A DNA stretch of 64,000 nucleotides from an uncultured Pseudomonadales bacterium (GTDB lineage: Bacteria; Pseudomonadota; Gammaproteobacteria; Pseudomonadales; CANNCY01), in the NCBI GenBank assembly GCA_947503335.1, contig CANNCY010000004.1, positions 66,305 to 130,304 of the forward strand. The letters run 5' to 3'. A model generated the notes under the pieces. The model was not told the origin of the DNA. It saw only the letters and a list, made by a program, of their open reading frames with translations, and ran no database searches. Position numbers and translations under genes: made by a program. How positions within the stretch are numbered: position 1 is the first letter of the stretch; each line of letters starts with the position of its first letter. Positions 54,483 through 64,000 of the stretch are shown here, in pieces.

Positions 54483-55115
54483 TTATGCCCCCAATGGTTC
54501 TAAAATAATAAGATGTCGTTCTGCTTGTAGATTGGGTACTTCTAAAGACCTATTTTCTACAACCCGTAGGTGTTTGTCGACCTCAGATATTTCATCTATC
54601 GGGTCTTTTCCCTTTAATGCGTAGTAGCGCCCATTAGCAGCTAACAAATGGTTAGACCAGTCATACATGTTTTTTATGGTTGCAAACGCCCGGCTACTGA
54701 TGCCGTCAAATTGGCCGACTGCCTGTTCTACTCGCCCGTGAATCACTTCTACATTGGCCAGTTTTAGCTCAATCTTCACCTGATTTAAAAAACGCGCTTT
54801 TTTGCCTGCGGTATCGCACAGCGTCCAGTGTTGATCAGGGTGCAAGATGGCCAGCACGATTGCGGGCATTCCACCACCAGAGCCAACGTCAAGCATTCTA
54901 GGCGCATTAATGTAGGGGGCTACCACCATCGAATCTAAAAGATGTAGCGTAACCATTTCTAGTTCGTCACGTACCGACGTCAGGTTGTAGGTGCGATTCC
55001 ACTTAACTAGTAACTGCAAATATTGGTGCAGTTGCTGCAACTGCTGATCGGTAACCTCAAACGCTAACTGCTTTGACAATCTGGCGAGCAGGTTATAGCT
55101 CTGCTCACTTGTCAT
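54483..55115 (-). CDS. rsmG: 16S rRNA (guanine527-N7)-methyltransferase
   Basis: 210 aa. SAM motif ([10 protein letters not shown]). Overlaps the mnmG stop by 4 nt. Confidence 0.9.
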   Translation of the reverse strand: MTSEQSYNLLARLSKQLAFEVTDQQLQQLHQYLQLLVKWNRTYNLTSVRDELEMVTLHLLDSMVVAPYINAPRMLDVGSGGGMPAIVLAILHPDQHWTLCDTAGKKARFLNQVKIELKLANVEVIHGRVEQAVGQFDGISSRAFATIKNMYDWSNHLLAANGRYYALKGKDPIDEISEVDKHLRVVENRSLEVPNLQAERHLIILEPLGA

Positions 55116-56983
55116 AGGTTGCCCACCTTTTTCAGATGAACAAGCAACAGCGATATTGCAGCGGGTGTCATTCCAGGAATTCGAGACGCCTTACCAATCG
55201 TAGGAGGTCTAGCATCGCTCAGTTTTTGTCGAGCCTCATTTGACAGGCCTTTTACAATTTCATAATCAAAGGCTTCAGGGATAATTTGTGTCTCGGCACG
55301 CTTTAGCTTTGCAATCTCAGTAGCTTGACGATCGATATAACCCTGATATTTAGTATCGATTTCGACCTGCTCAGCAGCGGCTTCGGGCAACTGGGTTGCT
55401 AAAGATGCATCGACAAGGTCCTGATAGGTTAACTCAGGTCTCTTTAACAGATCATGCAACGAGGCTTCTTTGGCTAGCGGTCTTGATAGTTTATTTGCCA
55501 ATGCTTCGGCTTGTTCTGAGCCCGCCTGTACCCAGGTGCTAGCCAGACGTTGCTTTTCAGCGTCGATCATCACCATTTTTGCTTTAAACGCCTGATGCTT
55601 TTCTTCACTGATTAAGCCTACGCTGTGTGCAAACTCTGTTAAGCGAATGTCTGCATTATCTTCTCGCAACATCAATCGATATTCAGCACGACTCGTGAAC
55701 ATACGATAGGGCTCGCTGGTACCCAGCGTTATCAAATCATCTACCATCACACCAATGTACGCTTCGTCACGGCGCGGCTCCCAAGGCGCTTTGCCCTGAA
55801 TAGCCAATGCTGCATTGATGGCCGCTAATATCCCTTGCGCCGCAGCTTCTTCGTATCCTGTTGTGCCATTAATCTGGCCGGCAAAATAGAGCCCCGCTAT
55901 CGCCTTGGTTTCTAGCGTAGGCTTTAGACCTCGTGGATCAAAAAAATCATACTCAATCGCATATCCTGGGCGAGTGATTCGCGCGTTCTCAAGCCCTTTA
56001 ATGCTATTAATCATTTGTTGCTGAACATCAAAGGGCAAGCTTGTAGAGATCCCGTTTGGATACAGTTCATTTGTATTTAGCCCTTCGGGTTCGATAAATA
56101 TCTGATGCGAGCTTTTATCGGCAAATCGTACAATCTTATCTTCGATTGATGGGCAGTAACGTGGGCCAACCCCTTCAATCTCGCCGGCATACATTGGCGA
56201 GCGATGTAGATTGTCACGAATGATCTGGTGTGTTTCTTCAGTAGTGTGAGCAATAAAGCAATCTACTTGCTGCGGATGCTGGTCTCGATCGCCCCAATAC
56301 GACATCACAGGTAGTGGTGTATCACCGGCCTGTGGCTCTAACACAGAGAAGTCGACGGTCGAGGCGTCAATACGCGGTGGTGTACCGGTTTTTAAACGCG
56401 CCACATTGGGCATCAAGGCGCGTAACGTTTTTGCTAAACCGATCGATGGAGGATCACCAGCACGACCTCCAGAATGATTTTCAAGGCCTATATGAATGGT
56501 TCCACCCAAGAAGGTACCAGCGCACAGAATTACTTTACTAGCGGTGAACGTTAAGTTGGTGCGAGTTAATACGCCTGTAACGACGCCATCTTCTATCACC
56601 AGGTCTTCAACGGCGTCTTGAAAAAGGCTTAGATTGGATTGATTCTCTAATACCTTTCGTACATAGGCTTTATAGAGCGCTCTATCTGCCTGAGCTCTTG
56701 TTGCTCGTACCGCAGGCCCTTTGCGGGAATTAAGCACTCTAAATTGAATACCTGCATGATCGGTCGCTTCGCCCATCACACCACCTAATGCGTCTACCTC
56801 TTTCACCAGATGACTTTTACCTATGCCGCCAATGGCAGGGTTACACGACATTTGACCCAAGGTATCAATGTTATGGGTAATCAATAGTGTACGTAGACCC
56901 ATTCTTGCAGGCGCAAGTGCAGCTTCGGTACCGGCATGCCCGCCACCGATTACGATAATGTCAAATTGCTGGTGCTTACTCAT
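55112..56983 (-). CDS. mnmG: tRNA uridine 5-carboxymethylaminomethyl modification enzyme MnmG (GidA)
   Basis: 623 aa. FAD motif ([15 protein letters not shown]) and conserved GidA core. Confidence 0.95.
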   Translation of the reverse strand: MSKHQQFDIIVIGGGHAGTEAALAPARMGLRTLLITHNIDTLGQMSCNPAIGGIGKSHLVKEVDALGGVMGEATDHAGIQFRVLNSRKGPAVRATRAQADRALYKAYVRKVLENQSNLSLFQDAVEDLVIEDGVVTGVLTRTNLTFTASKVILCAGTFLGGTIHIGLENHSGGRAGDPPSIGLAKTLRALMPNVARLKTGTPPRIDASTVDFSVLEPQAGDTPLPVMSYWGDRDQHPQQVDCFIAHTTEETHQIIRDNLHRSPMYAGEIEGVGPRYCPSIEDKIVRFADKSSHQIFIEPEGLNTNELYPNGISTSLPFDVQQQMINSIKGLENARITRPGYAIEYDFFDPRGLKPTLETKAIAGLYFAGQINGTTGYEEAAAQGILAAINAALAIQGKAPWEPRRDEAYIGVMVDDLITLGTSEPYRMFTSRAEYRLMLREDNADIRLTEFAHSVGLISEEKHQAFKAKMVMIDAEKQRLASTWVQAGSEQAEALANKLSRPLAKEASLHDLLKRPELTYQDLVDASLATQLPEAAAEQVEIDTKYQGYIDRQATEIAKLKRAETQIIPEAFDYEIVKGLSNEARQKLSDARPPTIGKASRIPGMTPAAISLLLVHLKKVGNL

Positions 56984-57493
56984 TCTATTATGAACTGGTT
57001 AAAAAATAGGCAGATATTATAAGGGCATTTTTAGAAGTACCCAATCATGTTTTTTTTATTCACACATACTTATAAGTAAATTAATTAAATATATAGATAA
57101 AGAAATATATGAATATTATTTAATGTATATGTTTATTGTTATTTATTAAGGGCAGGTTTTTCTGTTGATAAGTGGCTCAAGGTCTTTGATATCAAGGCTT
57201 TCAGCGTTTAATAAGTGCTCTAAAAAACTGCTGATAGGCTTTGTATTTGTACTATATAGGTTGTGGATTAAAGGGGGAGTTATACATAGCCTATTTTTAT
57301 CACCGTTTTTCTGTGTATAACATTTTTCGTTATCCACAGTGTTTCTGACGTGCGATTCACAGGAATCTTTTTTAGGTGATCAGTTGAGGTATTTTTACCT
57401 ATGTATGGCTGGTTTTTAGTCTAATTCTGTGGATAAGCTGTTGTTTAGTGTGGATTATTCTGGGGGAGCGGCTGTATAAAGCCTTAATTTGGA
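56984..57493. other. candidate chromosomal replication origin (oriC): AT-rich unwinding region plus DnaA-box array
   Basis: 510-bp non-coding gap. A very AT-rich block lies at ~57040-57150 with direct AAATATAT-type 14-mers (57087-57100 and 57103-57116). DnaA boxes: TGTTGATAA 57163-57171, TGTGGATTA 57262-57270, TGTGTATAA 57312-57320, TTATCCACA 57330-57338, TGTGGATAA 57428-57436, TGTGGATTA 57449-57457. Confidence 0.65.
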
Positions 57494-58831
57494 TTATTTT
57501 CCGATGCAGAAACTTGAAAAAATCTTACCTAAAAGATCATCTGCAGACAGTTTACCGGTGATTTCACCGAGGGCGTCTTGAGCTAGTCTTAGGTCTTCAG
57601 CTAAAAGCTCACCAGCGCCAGCGTAAACCAATTGGTCGTATCCGGCGTCTATTAAAGCTTTTGCTTGCTCAATAGCCTGTAAGTGGCGTCTGCGGGCTAT
57701 AAAGGATTGTTCATTACCTGGGGCGAAGCCTGCTAATGTTTTAATCTGTGCCTTTAGCTTGTCGATTCCCGTGCCTTCTTTGGCCGAGATGTAAAAGCTA
57801 TTGTCAGATTGCTCTGTGGGTGGTGTCAGATCGATCTTGTTGTACACCACTTGAACGCCATCATTGTAGGGCGAGTCTGAAAACTCAGACCAAAGCTGTT
57901 CTGGCGATGTTTCGTCTCTGGCGTCAATGAGCAATATCACGGCGTCAGCCTTCTCTAGCTGCTCTTTACTGCGTTTGATGCCTTCTTGTTCAACAAGGTC
58001 TTTCGCTTCGCGTATACCTGCGGTATCAATCAGATTGATGGGTAGGCCATCAATCTGAATACGTTCTTCAATAAGATCACGGGTTGTACCGGCTATGTCG
58101 GTAACGATTGCACGATCTCGACCAGCAAGCTTGTTTAAGAGGCTCGATTTACCAGCGTTAGGTCGACCGATAATAACGAGGTTAAAGCCCTCGCTTAGCA
58201 GGGCACCCTGTGTTGCGTTTGCTAAAAGGTTATCTAGTAAGCTTTGAATATGTGTCAGTGCTTTTAATACATGACCATCGTTAAGAAAATCGATTTCTTC
58301 TTCAGGAAAGTCGATGGCAGCTTCAGTGTAAATGCGTAGATTGGTCAGCTCTTCAACAATGGCGTTAATGCGTGCTGAGAACTCGCCCTGTAGCGTGTTA
58401 ACGGCCGAGCGGGCAGCCTGTTCTGAGGCCGCATCAATTAGGTCTGCGATCGCTTCTGCTTGGGCTAGGTCGATCTTGTCGTTTAGGAACGCGCGTTCAG
58501 AGAACTCACCAGGGTTGGCGATTCTCGCCCCCAATGCAGTGCATTGCTTGACAAGCATGTCTAAAACGACAGGGCCACCATGGCATTGCAGTTCGACGAT
58601 ATCTTCGCCGGTAAAGCTGTGAGGGGCCTTAAAATACAGACTGATCGCTTCGTCGATAGGGGTGTTGTCTTGGTCGTAGAGCGGGCCGTAGTGGGCGAAG
58701 CGAGGCTTTAAGGTGATCTGGGTGATCAGCTCGCCAATAGTTAGGGCTTTGGGTCCTGATAGGCGAACGACACCGATGCTACCGCGCCCTGGCGGAGTAG
58801 CGATAGCAACAATGGTGTCGTCGGTTTGCAT
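57494..58831 (-). CDS. mnmE: tRNA modification GTPase MnmE (TrmE)
   Basis: MQTDDTIVAIATPPGRGSIGVVRLSG, G-domain motifs (GRPNAGKSSL, DTAG) and the C-terminal CIGK. The ORF-track start at 58879 overlaps yidC, so I prefer the ATG at 58831. Confidence 0.9.
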   Translation of the reverse strand: MQTDDTIVAIATPPGRGSIGVVRLSGPKALTIGELITQITLKPRFAHYGPLYDQDNTPIDEAISLYFKAPHSFTGEDIVELQCHGGPVVLDMLVKQCTALGARIANPGEFSERAFLNDKIDLAQAEAIADLIDAASEQAARSAVNTLQGEFSARINAIVEELTNLRIYTEAAIDFPEEEIDFLNDGHVLKALTHIQSLLDNLLANATQGALLSEGFNLVIIGRPNAGKSSLLNKLAGRDRAIVTDIAGTTRDLIEERIQIDGLPINLIDTAGIREAKDLVEQEGIKRSKEQLEKADAVILLIDARDETSPEQLWSEFSDSPYNDGVQVVYNKIDLTPPTEQSDNSFYISAKEGTGIDKLKAQIKTLAGFAPGNEQSFIARRRHLQAIEQAKALIDAGYDQLVYAGAGELLAEDLRLAQDALGEITGKLSADDLLGKIFSSFCIGK

Positions 58832-58835
58832 TGGG

Positions 58836-60449
58836 TTATTGCACGCCCATCTTCTTGTTGATGTAGTACATCTGAGCAATCGTCAGGATGTTGTTTACTA
58901 CCCAGTATAGAACTAGACCGGCAGGGAAGAACAAGAAGAATACACCCATAAAGATAGGCATCATCTTCATGATCTTAGCTTGCATCGGGTCAGTAGGTTG
59001 CATTTGCACTTTTTGCTGGATAAACATTGAGCCAGCAAAGATTAGCGGCAAGATGAACATCGGGTCTTTCGCGCTAAGGTCTGTGATCCAGCCAATCCAT
59101 TCTGCATGGCGTAGCTCTACTGATTCGGCAAGGGTGTAGTAAAGCGCGATGAATACTGGCATCTGAATCAAGATTGGCAAGCAGCCGCCCATTGGGTTTA
59201 GTTTTTCTTTCTTGAACAGCTTTAAGATTTCTTCTTGCTGCTTTTGCTTGTTGTCTGCATAGCGCTCGCGAATTTCGGCCTGCAGAGGCGCAAACTTACG
59301 CATCTTGGCCATCGACTTTGCAGATACAGTGTTCGGATAGAAGAACACGATCTTTACAGCGATAGTCAGCATTACGATTGCCCAACCCCAGTTACCAACA
59401 AGGCTGTGGAAAAACTCTAGTACCTTAAATAGTGGCTTAGCGATCCACCACAACCAACCGTAATCTAAGGTTAGGTCTAGGTATGGAGCCAATGATTCTA
59501 AAGTTGTAGTGTCTTTAGGGCCGATGTAGAAAAGGGTTTGCATGCCGCCAGTTTCACCGGCTTCTACTTCAACACGAGGGCCTGTGTAACCCATTAGATA
59601 CATGCCTGAGTTTGACAGGTGGCGTGCAAAGAAGCGGTTAGTGTCTTCTGGGTTGGTAACAAAGGCGCCTAGGTAGTAGTGCTGTACCATCGCGATCCAG
59701 CCACCATCTTGGCGGTATTCGAACGACTGTTCTGCTAGGTCTTCGAAGTCTTGTTTGTAGTAGTGCTCATCTGCCGTTGTAGTAGCCATACCCAAGAAAG
59801 GTTGCATGCCTACGCTATTAGCAACCGGAGGCTTTTGGCCATCACGTTTGATTTGAGCAAATAGGTTACCGCGCCATACCGAATCTAGTTTGTTTTCGAT
59901 TTGGTAGTCGATGCTTATTTGGTACTCACCTCGTTTAAAGGTATAGGTCTTGGTGATGAAAGCATCTGCTGTTTCTAGTGTTAAAGCTACCTCAAGAGTG
60001 TCATCGATTAGCTCGTAACTAGATTGGCTTGCATCGAAAACTGGGCGTGTTTCGCCATCGGTGCCGTTAGGGCCTACAATACCTGTCTGTGCTATATAAG
60101 TATGCGCAGAGGTTTGGTTTAGAAGACGCAATGGTGTTGGATTGTCGATTGCTTGCTTCTGCGTTAATAAGTCAGCGCTTACGATATCGCCACCTTCTAA
60201 TGCAATTTCGACATTTAGTACATCGGTTTTAACACTGATTTTATCGGTCGAGGTCGCTACAACAGTAGGTGTTTCGCCGTCTACTAATGTTGGAATACCA
60301 GTGGATGTATCAATCTGTTCGGTGCTAGCCGCTTGTAGGTCAGCTGCTTTTTCTGCTTTTTTTGCATCACTAAATGCACTGTATTCAATAAGCAAATATA
60401 GCGATGTCGCGAATATGCCCGTTAGGATACCAATCTTCTTAAAATCCAT
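58836..60449 (-). CDS. yidC: membrane protein insertase YidC
   Basis: 537 aa. N-terminal TM helix, large periplasmic domain, and conserved C-terminal 5-TM core (GGCLPILIQMPVFIALY). Confidence 0.9.
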   Translation of the reverse strand: MDFKKIGILTGIFATSLYLLIEYSAFSDAKKAEKAADLQAASTEQIDTSTGIPTLVDGETPTVVATSTDKISVKTDVLNVEIALEGGDIVSADLLTQKQAIDNPTPLRLLNQTSAHTYIAQTGIVGPNGTDGETRPVFDASQSSYELIDDTLEVALTLETADAFITKTYTFKRGEYQISIDYQIENKLDSVWRGNLFAQIKRDGQKPPVANSVGMQPFLGMATTTADEHYYKQDFEDLAEQSFEYRQDGGWIAMVQHYYLGAFVTNPEDTNRFFARHLSNSGMYLMGYTGPRVEVEAGETGGMQTLFYIGPKDTTTLESLAPYLDLTLDYGWLWWIAKPLFKVLEFFHSLVGNWGWAIVMLTIAVKIVFFYPNTVSAKSMAKMRKFAPLQAEIRERYADNKQKQQEEILKLFKKEKLNPMGGCLPILIQMPVFIALYYTLAESVELRHAEWIGWITDLSAKDPMFILPLIFAGSMFIQQKVQMQPTDPMQAKIMKMMPIFMGVFFLFFPAGLVLYWVVNNILTIAQMYYINKKMGVQ

Positions 60450-60456
60450 AACCCGT

Positions 60457-60711
60457 CTACTTTAGTTGGTCGTTACTTTGTTCGTTATTAGTAGGGGGTA
60501 CAGGATCATACCCACCCTCACAAAATGGCTGGCATCGACACAAACGTTTCACGGTAAGTGTTGAGCCTTTTATTACACCATGTTTTGTAATTGCTTCTTC
60601 ACAATATGCTGAGCAAGTTGGCTCAAAACGACATTGTGCTCCAAAGCTTCTTAATATGGGGCCTAATGATACCCGATACAATCTCAATAGTAAGAGAAAT
60701 ATGGCTTTCAT
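60457..60711 (-). CDS. yidD: membrane protein insertion efficiency factor YidD
   Basis: 84 aa. The CRFEPTCSAY...G motif is characteristic. Lies between rnpA and yidC. Confidence 0.85.
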   Translation of the reverse strand: MKAIFLLLLRLYRVSLGPILRSFGAQCRFEPTCSAYCEEAITKHGVIKGSTLTVKRLCRCQPFCEGGYDPVPPTNNEQSNDQLK

Positions 60712-61091
60712 CGTTTAGTGCGCTTTTGTTTGGCGGGTTTTAATCTTCGCCATTGCTTTTCAATAGCTTTAGCGATGCTTGCATTTGAGTCTGCGTTGAG
60801 CCCTGGGCGTGCCATAACGACTAAGTCAAAAGATTGCTCAAATGGATATTGCCTAAAACTTTCGCGAACCATTCGTTTGATGCGGTTTCTTGTAACAGCT
60901 AATTTGAAATGTTTTTTAGCTACTACAAGCCCTAACCGAGGTCGGTCACTAGGATTAGCTAAAATTAAGAAAGAGGGAGATGCTGCAATAAATGCTGCCC
61001 CGTTGAAGATAGGGCGAAATTGAGCTGAATGAAGTAGCCTTGATCTCTTCGAAAAAGAGTGATCTTTACGTTGTGAATCAACGCTACCCAT
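60708..61091 (-). CDS. rnpA: ribonuclease P protein component
   Basis: 127-aa basic protein with an RNR-like motif (KLAVTRNRIKRMVRE). Lies downstream of rpmH. Confidence 0.85.
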   Translation of the reverse strand: MGSVDSQRKDHSFSKRSRLLHSAQFRPIFNGAAFIAASPSFLILANPSDRPRLGLVVAKKHFKLAVTRNRIKRMVRESFRQYPFEQSFDLVVMARPGLNADSNASIAKAIEKQWRRLKPAKQKRTKR

Positions 61092-61108
61092 TCAGCGCCT
61101 GCTTAAAA

Positions 61109-61243
61109 TTAAGCAGATAGGACCTTACGACCCTTAGCGCGGCGACGAGCTAGTACTGCACGGCCGTTCTTGGTTGCCATGCGTGCACGAAAACCGTGGG
61201 TACGCTTGCGCTTCAAATTACTAGGTTGAAATGTTCTTTTCAT
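61109..61243 (-). CDS. rpmH: 50S ribosomal protein L34
   Basis: Not in the ORF track because it is too short. The minus strand gives [44 protein letters not shown] (44 aa), a canonical L34. Confidence 0.9.
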   Translation of the reverse strand: MKRTFQPSNLKRKRTHGFRARMATKNGRAVLARRRAKGRKVLSA

Positions 61244-61446
61244 GGCCTACTCACTAACTTACATCATGAATTTTGAAGCGCGGATTTTATGGGATATCAC
61301 TGTGCTAATCAAGGGCTTCAAGCAGATGTTTGCTGTGTATTTGCACAAAAAATAACCAGTGCGTATCTGCTTATTAAATTTTACCTCTATTGAGTCCCTT
61401 TGAAATCAGTAGTTTTTCTTATTTTTCAACAGGTTAGTGTTTTGTT

Positions 61447-61471
61447 TTTGGATAAATTTGCCTGTGGATAA
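61447..61471 (+). promoter_or_regulatory. pair of DnaA boxes in the dnaA promoter region
   Basis: TTTGGATAA (61447-61455, one mismatch) and TGTGGATAA (61463-61471, perfect) lie ~50-70 bp upstream of the dnaA start. Confidence 0.55.
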
Positions 61472-61518
61472 CTTTGTTGGTTTTAGGTAGAATTGACGGT
61501 TAGAAATTGGGGGCGAGT

Positions 61519-63072
61519 GTGAATCAAATTTGGGATCAAGTTCGAGTACAGTTACAGCTTGAGCTGTCACCGGCGTTATACGCTACATATATCGAAAAAC
61601 TTCTAGTCGATATGGATGATCAGGCAGCAGCTAGTGCTGGAGTACTTACAATTACAGCCCCTAATCGCTTTGTAAGGCAGTGGGTTTCTGATTCATATTT
61701 AGATCGTATCGAAGATTTGGTGTTCGAGGCGTCGAACCATTCGCTTAGAGTTGAGCTGGTTCAAGCTGTCAGTGTTGCTCGTACTTCCCGTCGTAGGGGG
61801 GCACGTCGTCTACAGGCTGTAGATACTTCGCCGGTGTCGAATGAAAAAAGTATTTCTGACGCAACGCGTGGTTTAGCAGAGACCACCGCTCGGTTGGCTG
61901 ATACTGTAATAGAGCCTGTTACTCAGCATAATCTTAGTAGTGCTGATCTTGGTGATACCGCTACCGCTCGCGCAGTTCCGCAAGTAGCCGCTAGTGTTCA
62001 ACCCGCATTAAATCTAAGTAGTCGTGACGTAAAGGTAGAAGGCGGGTTACAGCATAAAGAAACCCTTAATTCAGATTTCACATTCGATTCTTTCGTTGAA
62101 GGTAAGTCTAACCAGTTGGCACGCGCTGCCGCGCAGCAGGTAGCTACCAACGCCGGTGGCGCATATAACCCTTTGTTTATTTATGGTGGGGTAGGGTTGG
62201 GTAAAACCCACTTGATGCATGCAGTAGGCAATGCCATTCGTGCCGAAAAACCTGATGCGCGTATTCTATATTTGCATTCAGAACGGTTTGTTCAAGACAT
62301 GGTTAAGGCGCTTCAGCTTAACGCTATTAGTGATTTTAAGCGTTATTATCGAGGCGTAGACGCGCTATTAATCGACGATATTCAGTTTTTTGTTGGTAAA
62401 GAGCGTTCTCAAGAAGAATTCTTTCATACCTTCAATGCACTGCTCGAAGGCGGCCAACAGGTCATTCTGACAAGCGACCGTTTTCCAAAAGAAATTAAGT
62501 TAGATGAGCGGTTAAGCTCTCGTTTTGGATGGGGGTTGACGGTAGCAGTAGAGCCGCCAGAGCTAGAGATGCGTGTAGCAATTTTGATGAAAAAGGCTGC
62601 GCAAATGCAAATTGAATTGCCTCAAGATGCAGCGTTTTTTATAGCACAGCGAATACAGAGTAATGTTCGAGAGTTAGAAGGGGCGCTTAAGCGTGTTGTA
62701 GCCAATGCTAATTTCAAGCGTGTGCCGGTTGATATACCGTTAATTAAAGATTCGTTGAAAGACCTGTTGGCGCTTCAAGATAGACAGGTAAGTATTGATA
62801 ATATACAGCGCGTGGTTGCAGAGTTTTTTAACATTAAAGTCGCAGACCTGTTAAGCAAGCGACGCAGTCGCTCTGTCGCAAGACCTAGGCAGATAGCGAT
62901 GGCGTTGGCGAAGCAGCTAACCAACCATAGTTACCCAGAGATTGGTGATGCCTTTGGTGGGCGTGACCATACTACGGTGTTACATGCTTGTCGTAAGGTA
63001 GATCAGTTAAAATCAGAAGACGCAGAGCTGTTAAAAGATTACAATGAGCTCAATCGAAAGCTCACTAGTTAA
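61519..63072 (+). CDS. dnaA: chromosomal replication initiator protein DnaA
   Basis: AAA+ motifs ([18 protein letters not shown]), DnaA signature and C-terminal HTH ([16 protein letters not shown]). The ORF-track start at 61507 is TTG. The GTG at 61519 (VNQIWDQ...) aligns with the homologue N-terminus. Confidence 0.95.
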   Translation: MNQIWDQVRVQLQLELSPALYATYIEKLLVDMDDQAAASAGVLTITAPNRFVRQWVSDSYLDRIEDLVFEASNHSLRVELVQAVSVARTSRRRGARRLQAVDTSPVSNEKSISDATRGLAETTARLADTVIEPVTQHNLSSADLGDTATARAVPQVAASVQPALNLSSRDVKVEGGLQHKETLNSDFTFDSFVEGKSNQLARAAAQQVATNAGGAYNPLFIYGGVGLGKTHLMHAVGNAIRAEKPDARILYLHSERFVQDMVKALQLNAISDFKRYYRGVDALLIDDIQFFVGKERSQEEFFHTFNALLEGGQQVILTSDRFPKEIKLDERLSSRFGWGLTVAVEPPELEMRVAILMKKAAQMQIELPQDAAFFIAQRIQSNVRELEGALKRVVANANFKRVPVDIPLIKDSLKDLLALQDRQVSIDNIQRVVAEFFNIKVADLLSKRRSRSVARPRQIAMALAKQLTNHSYPEIGDAFGGRDHTTVLHACRKVDQLKSEDAELLKDYNELNRKLTS

Positions 63073-63119
63073 TAACGTTAGATCGGATATATCCGTCTAT
63101 TTAATAGAGGCCATATAAA

Positions 63120-64000
63120 ATGAAATTTACCGTTAATCGTGACGAGTTGTTACGCCCACTACAGTTGGTTGCCGGTGTAGTTGAAAAGCGCCAGACCTTG
63201 CCTGTTTTGGCTAATGCTTATATTGAGGCTAAAGACGGTAGCTTAAACCTTATTGGTACAGACCTGGAGGTAGAGCTTAGTGGTAAGGTCGATGAGGCTA
63301 ACGTTGAGCTTGAAGGCGAGGTTACGGTACCTGCTCGCAAGTTGTTAGATATTTGTAAGTCATTACCTGATGGTTCTGATATCCGTTTCGAAGTTACAGA
63401 TGGTCGCGCGCTGGTTACCTCTGGTCGCTCTCGTTTTAAGTTAGCAACACTTCCTGCAACAGAGTTCCCTCGTGTACAAAGTGTTCAAGGCGCTGCCAGT
63501 TTTGAGCTTATGCAGGGGCAATTGAAGCGTCTTATGGAGCGCACAGGCTTCGCGATGGCACAACAGGATGTGCGCTATTATCTTAATGGTATGCTGTTTG
63601 AGCTAGCAGATGGTCAGCTGCGCTCGGTAGCGACAGATGGGCATCGTTTGGCGATGTGTACATTACAGGCTGATATCGCGGTCGATAGGCAGCAAGCGAT
63701 TATTCCTCGTAAGGCGGTTCTTGAGCTAGGTCGTCTGTTAGCAAGCCCTGAAGAGATGGTTCGTTTGCAGTTTAGCGACACGCATTTTACCGCCGAAATG
63801 AGTGGTTACAGTTTTACGTCTAAGTTAATTGACGGTAAGTTCCCAGATTATGAGCGTGTGCTGCCCCGTGGTGGTGATAAGATCGTATTTGCTGATCGCG
63901 TTGAGCTTCGTCAGGCATGCACGCGTGCTGCTATTCTTTCTAACGAGAAGTACCGCGGTGTTCGCATCCAGCTCTCTGATGGCCAGCTAACGATGGTTGC
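63120..64000 (+). CDS. dnaN: DNA polymerase III beta sliding clamp (partial; runs off the window end)
   Basis: The ATG at 63120 gives MKFTVNRDELLRPLQLVAGVVEKRQTLPVLANAYIEAKDGSLNLIGTDLEVEL, a canonical DnaN. The frame is open to the window end, which is why it is absent from the ORF track. Confidence 0.9.
   Translation, partial: MKFTVNRDELLRPLQLVAGVVEKRQTLPVLANAYIEAKDGSLNLIGTDLEVELSGKVDEANVELEGEVTVPARKLLDICKSLPDGSDIRFEVTDGRALVTSGRSRFKLATLPATEFPRVQSVQGAASFELMQGQLKRLMERTGFAMAQQDVRYYLNGMLFELADGQLRSVATDGHRLAMCTLQADIAVDRQQAIIPRKAVLELGRLLASPEEMVRLQFSDTHFTAEMSGYSFTSKLIDGKFPDYERVLPRGGDKIVFADRVELRQACTRAAILSNEKYRGVRIQLSDGQLTMV

Noticed and set aside
57146-57337. 63-aa ORF inside the mnmG-mnmE gap.
   Set aside because: It spans the AT-rich and DnaA-box region and has no SD or homology features. 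The region is better explained as oriC.

Overview
This is a core-chromosome window around the replication origin of a moderate-GC gammaproteobacterium. About 60 intact, tightly packed housekeeping genes are present. From memory, the order follows the Pseudomonas/Oceanospirillales backbone: rpmB, radC, coaBC, algC-argB, slmA, pyrE, crc, rph, yicC-gmk-rpoZ-spoT-ridA-oxyR-recG, ubiCA, phoBR, pstSCAB-phoU, a TRAP transporter, uvrD, nrdAB-yfaE, glmUS, atpIBEFHAGDC, parAB, rsmG-mnmG, mnmE, yidC-yidD-rnpA-rpmH, dnaA-dnaN. I found no tRNA or rRNA genes, CRISPR arrays, transposases, integrases, prophage genes or recognisable defence or toxin modules. I therefore do not see a clear novel accessory system here. 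The leads worth a second look are:
- An E. coli-style oriC candidate (AT-rich block plus DnaA-box array) in the mnmG-mnmE gap, with only one GATC and no mioC. A weaker two-box DnaA cluster sits upstream of dnaA.
- A phosphomannomutase (AlgC) translated as a fusion to a two-TM, periplasmic-looking module and an acidic linker.
- An OxyR orthologue that keeps Cys199 but has Ser at position 208.
- A Crc-type ExoIII-fold protein with a degenerate active site.
- A YfaE ferredoxin with a low-complexity N-terminal extension.
- Tandem Pho boxes in the region shared by the pst operon and the divergent TRAP genes.

Several ORF-track starts are over-extended (TTG or upstream ATG) and have been trimmed where homology or regulatory sites argue for it.
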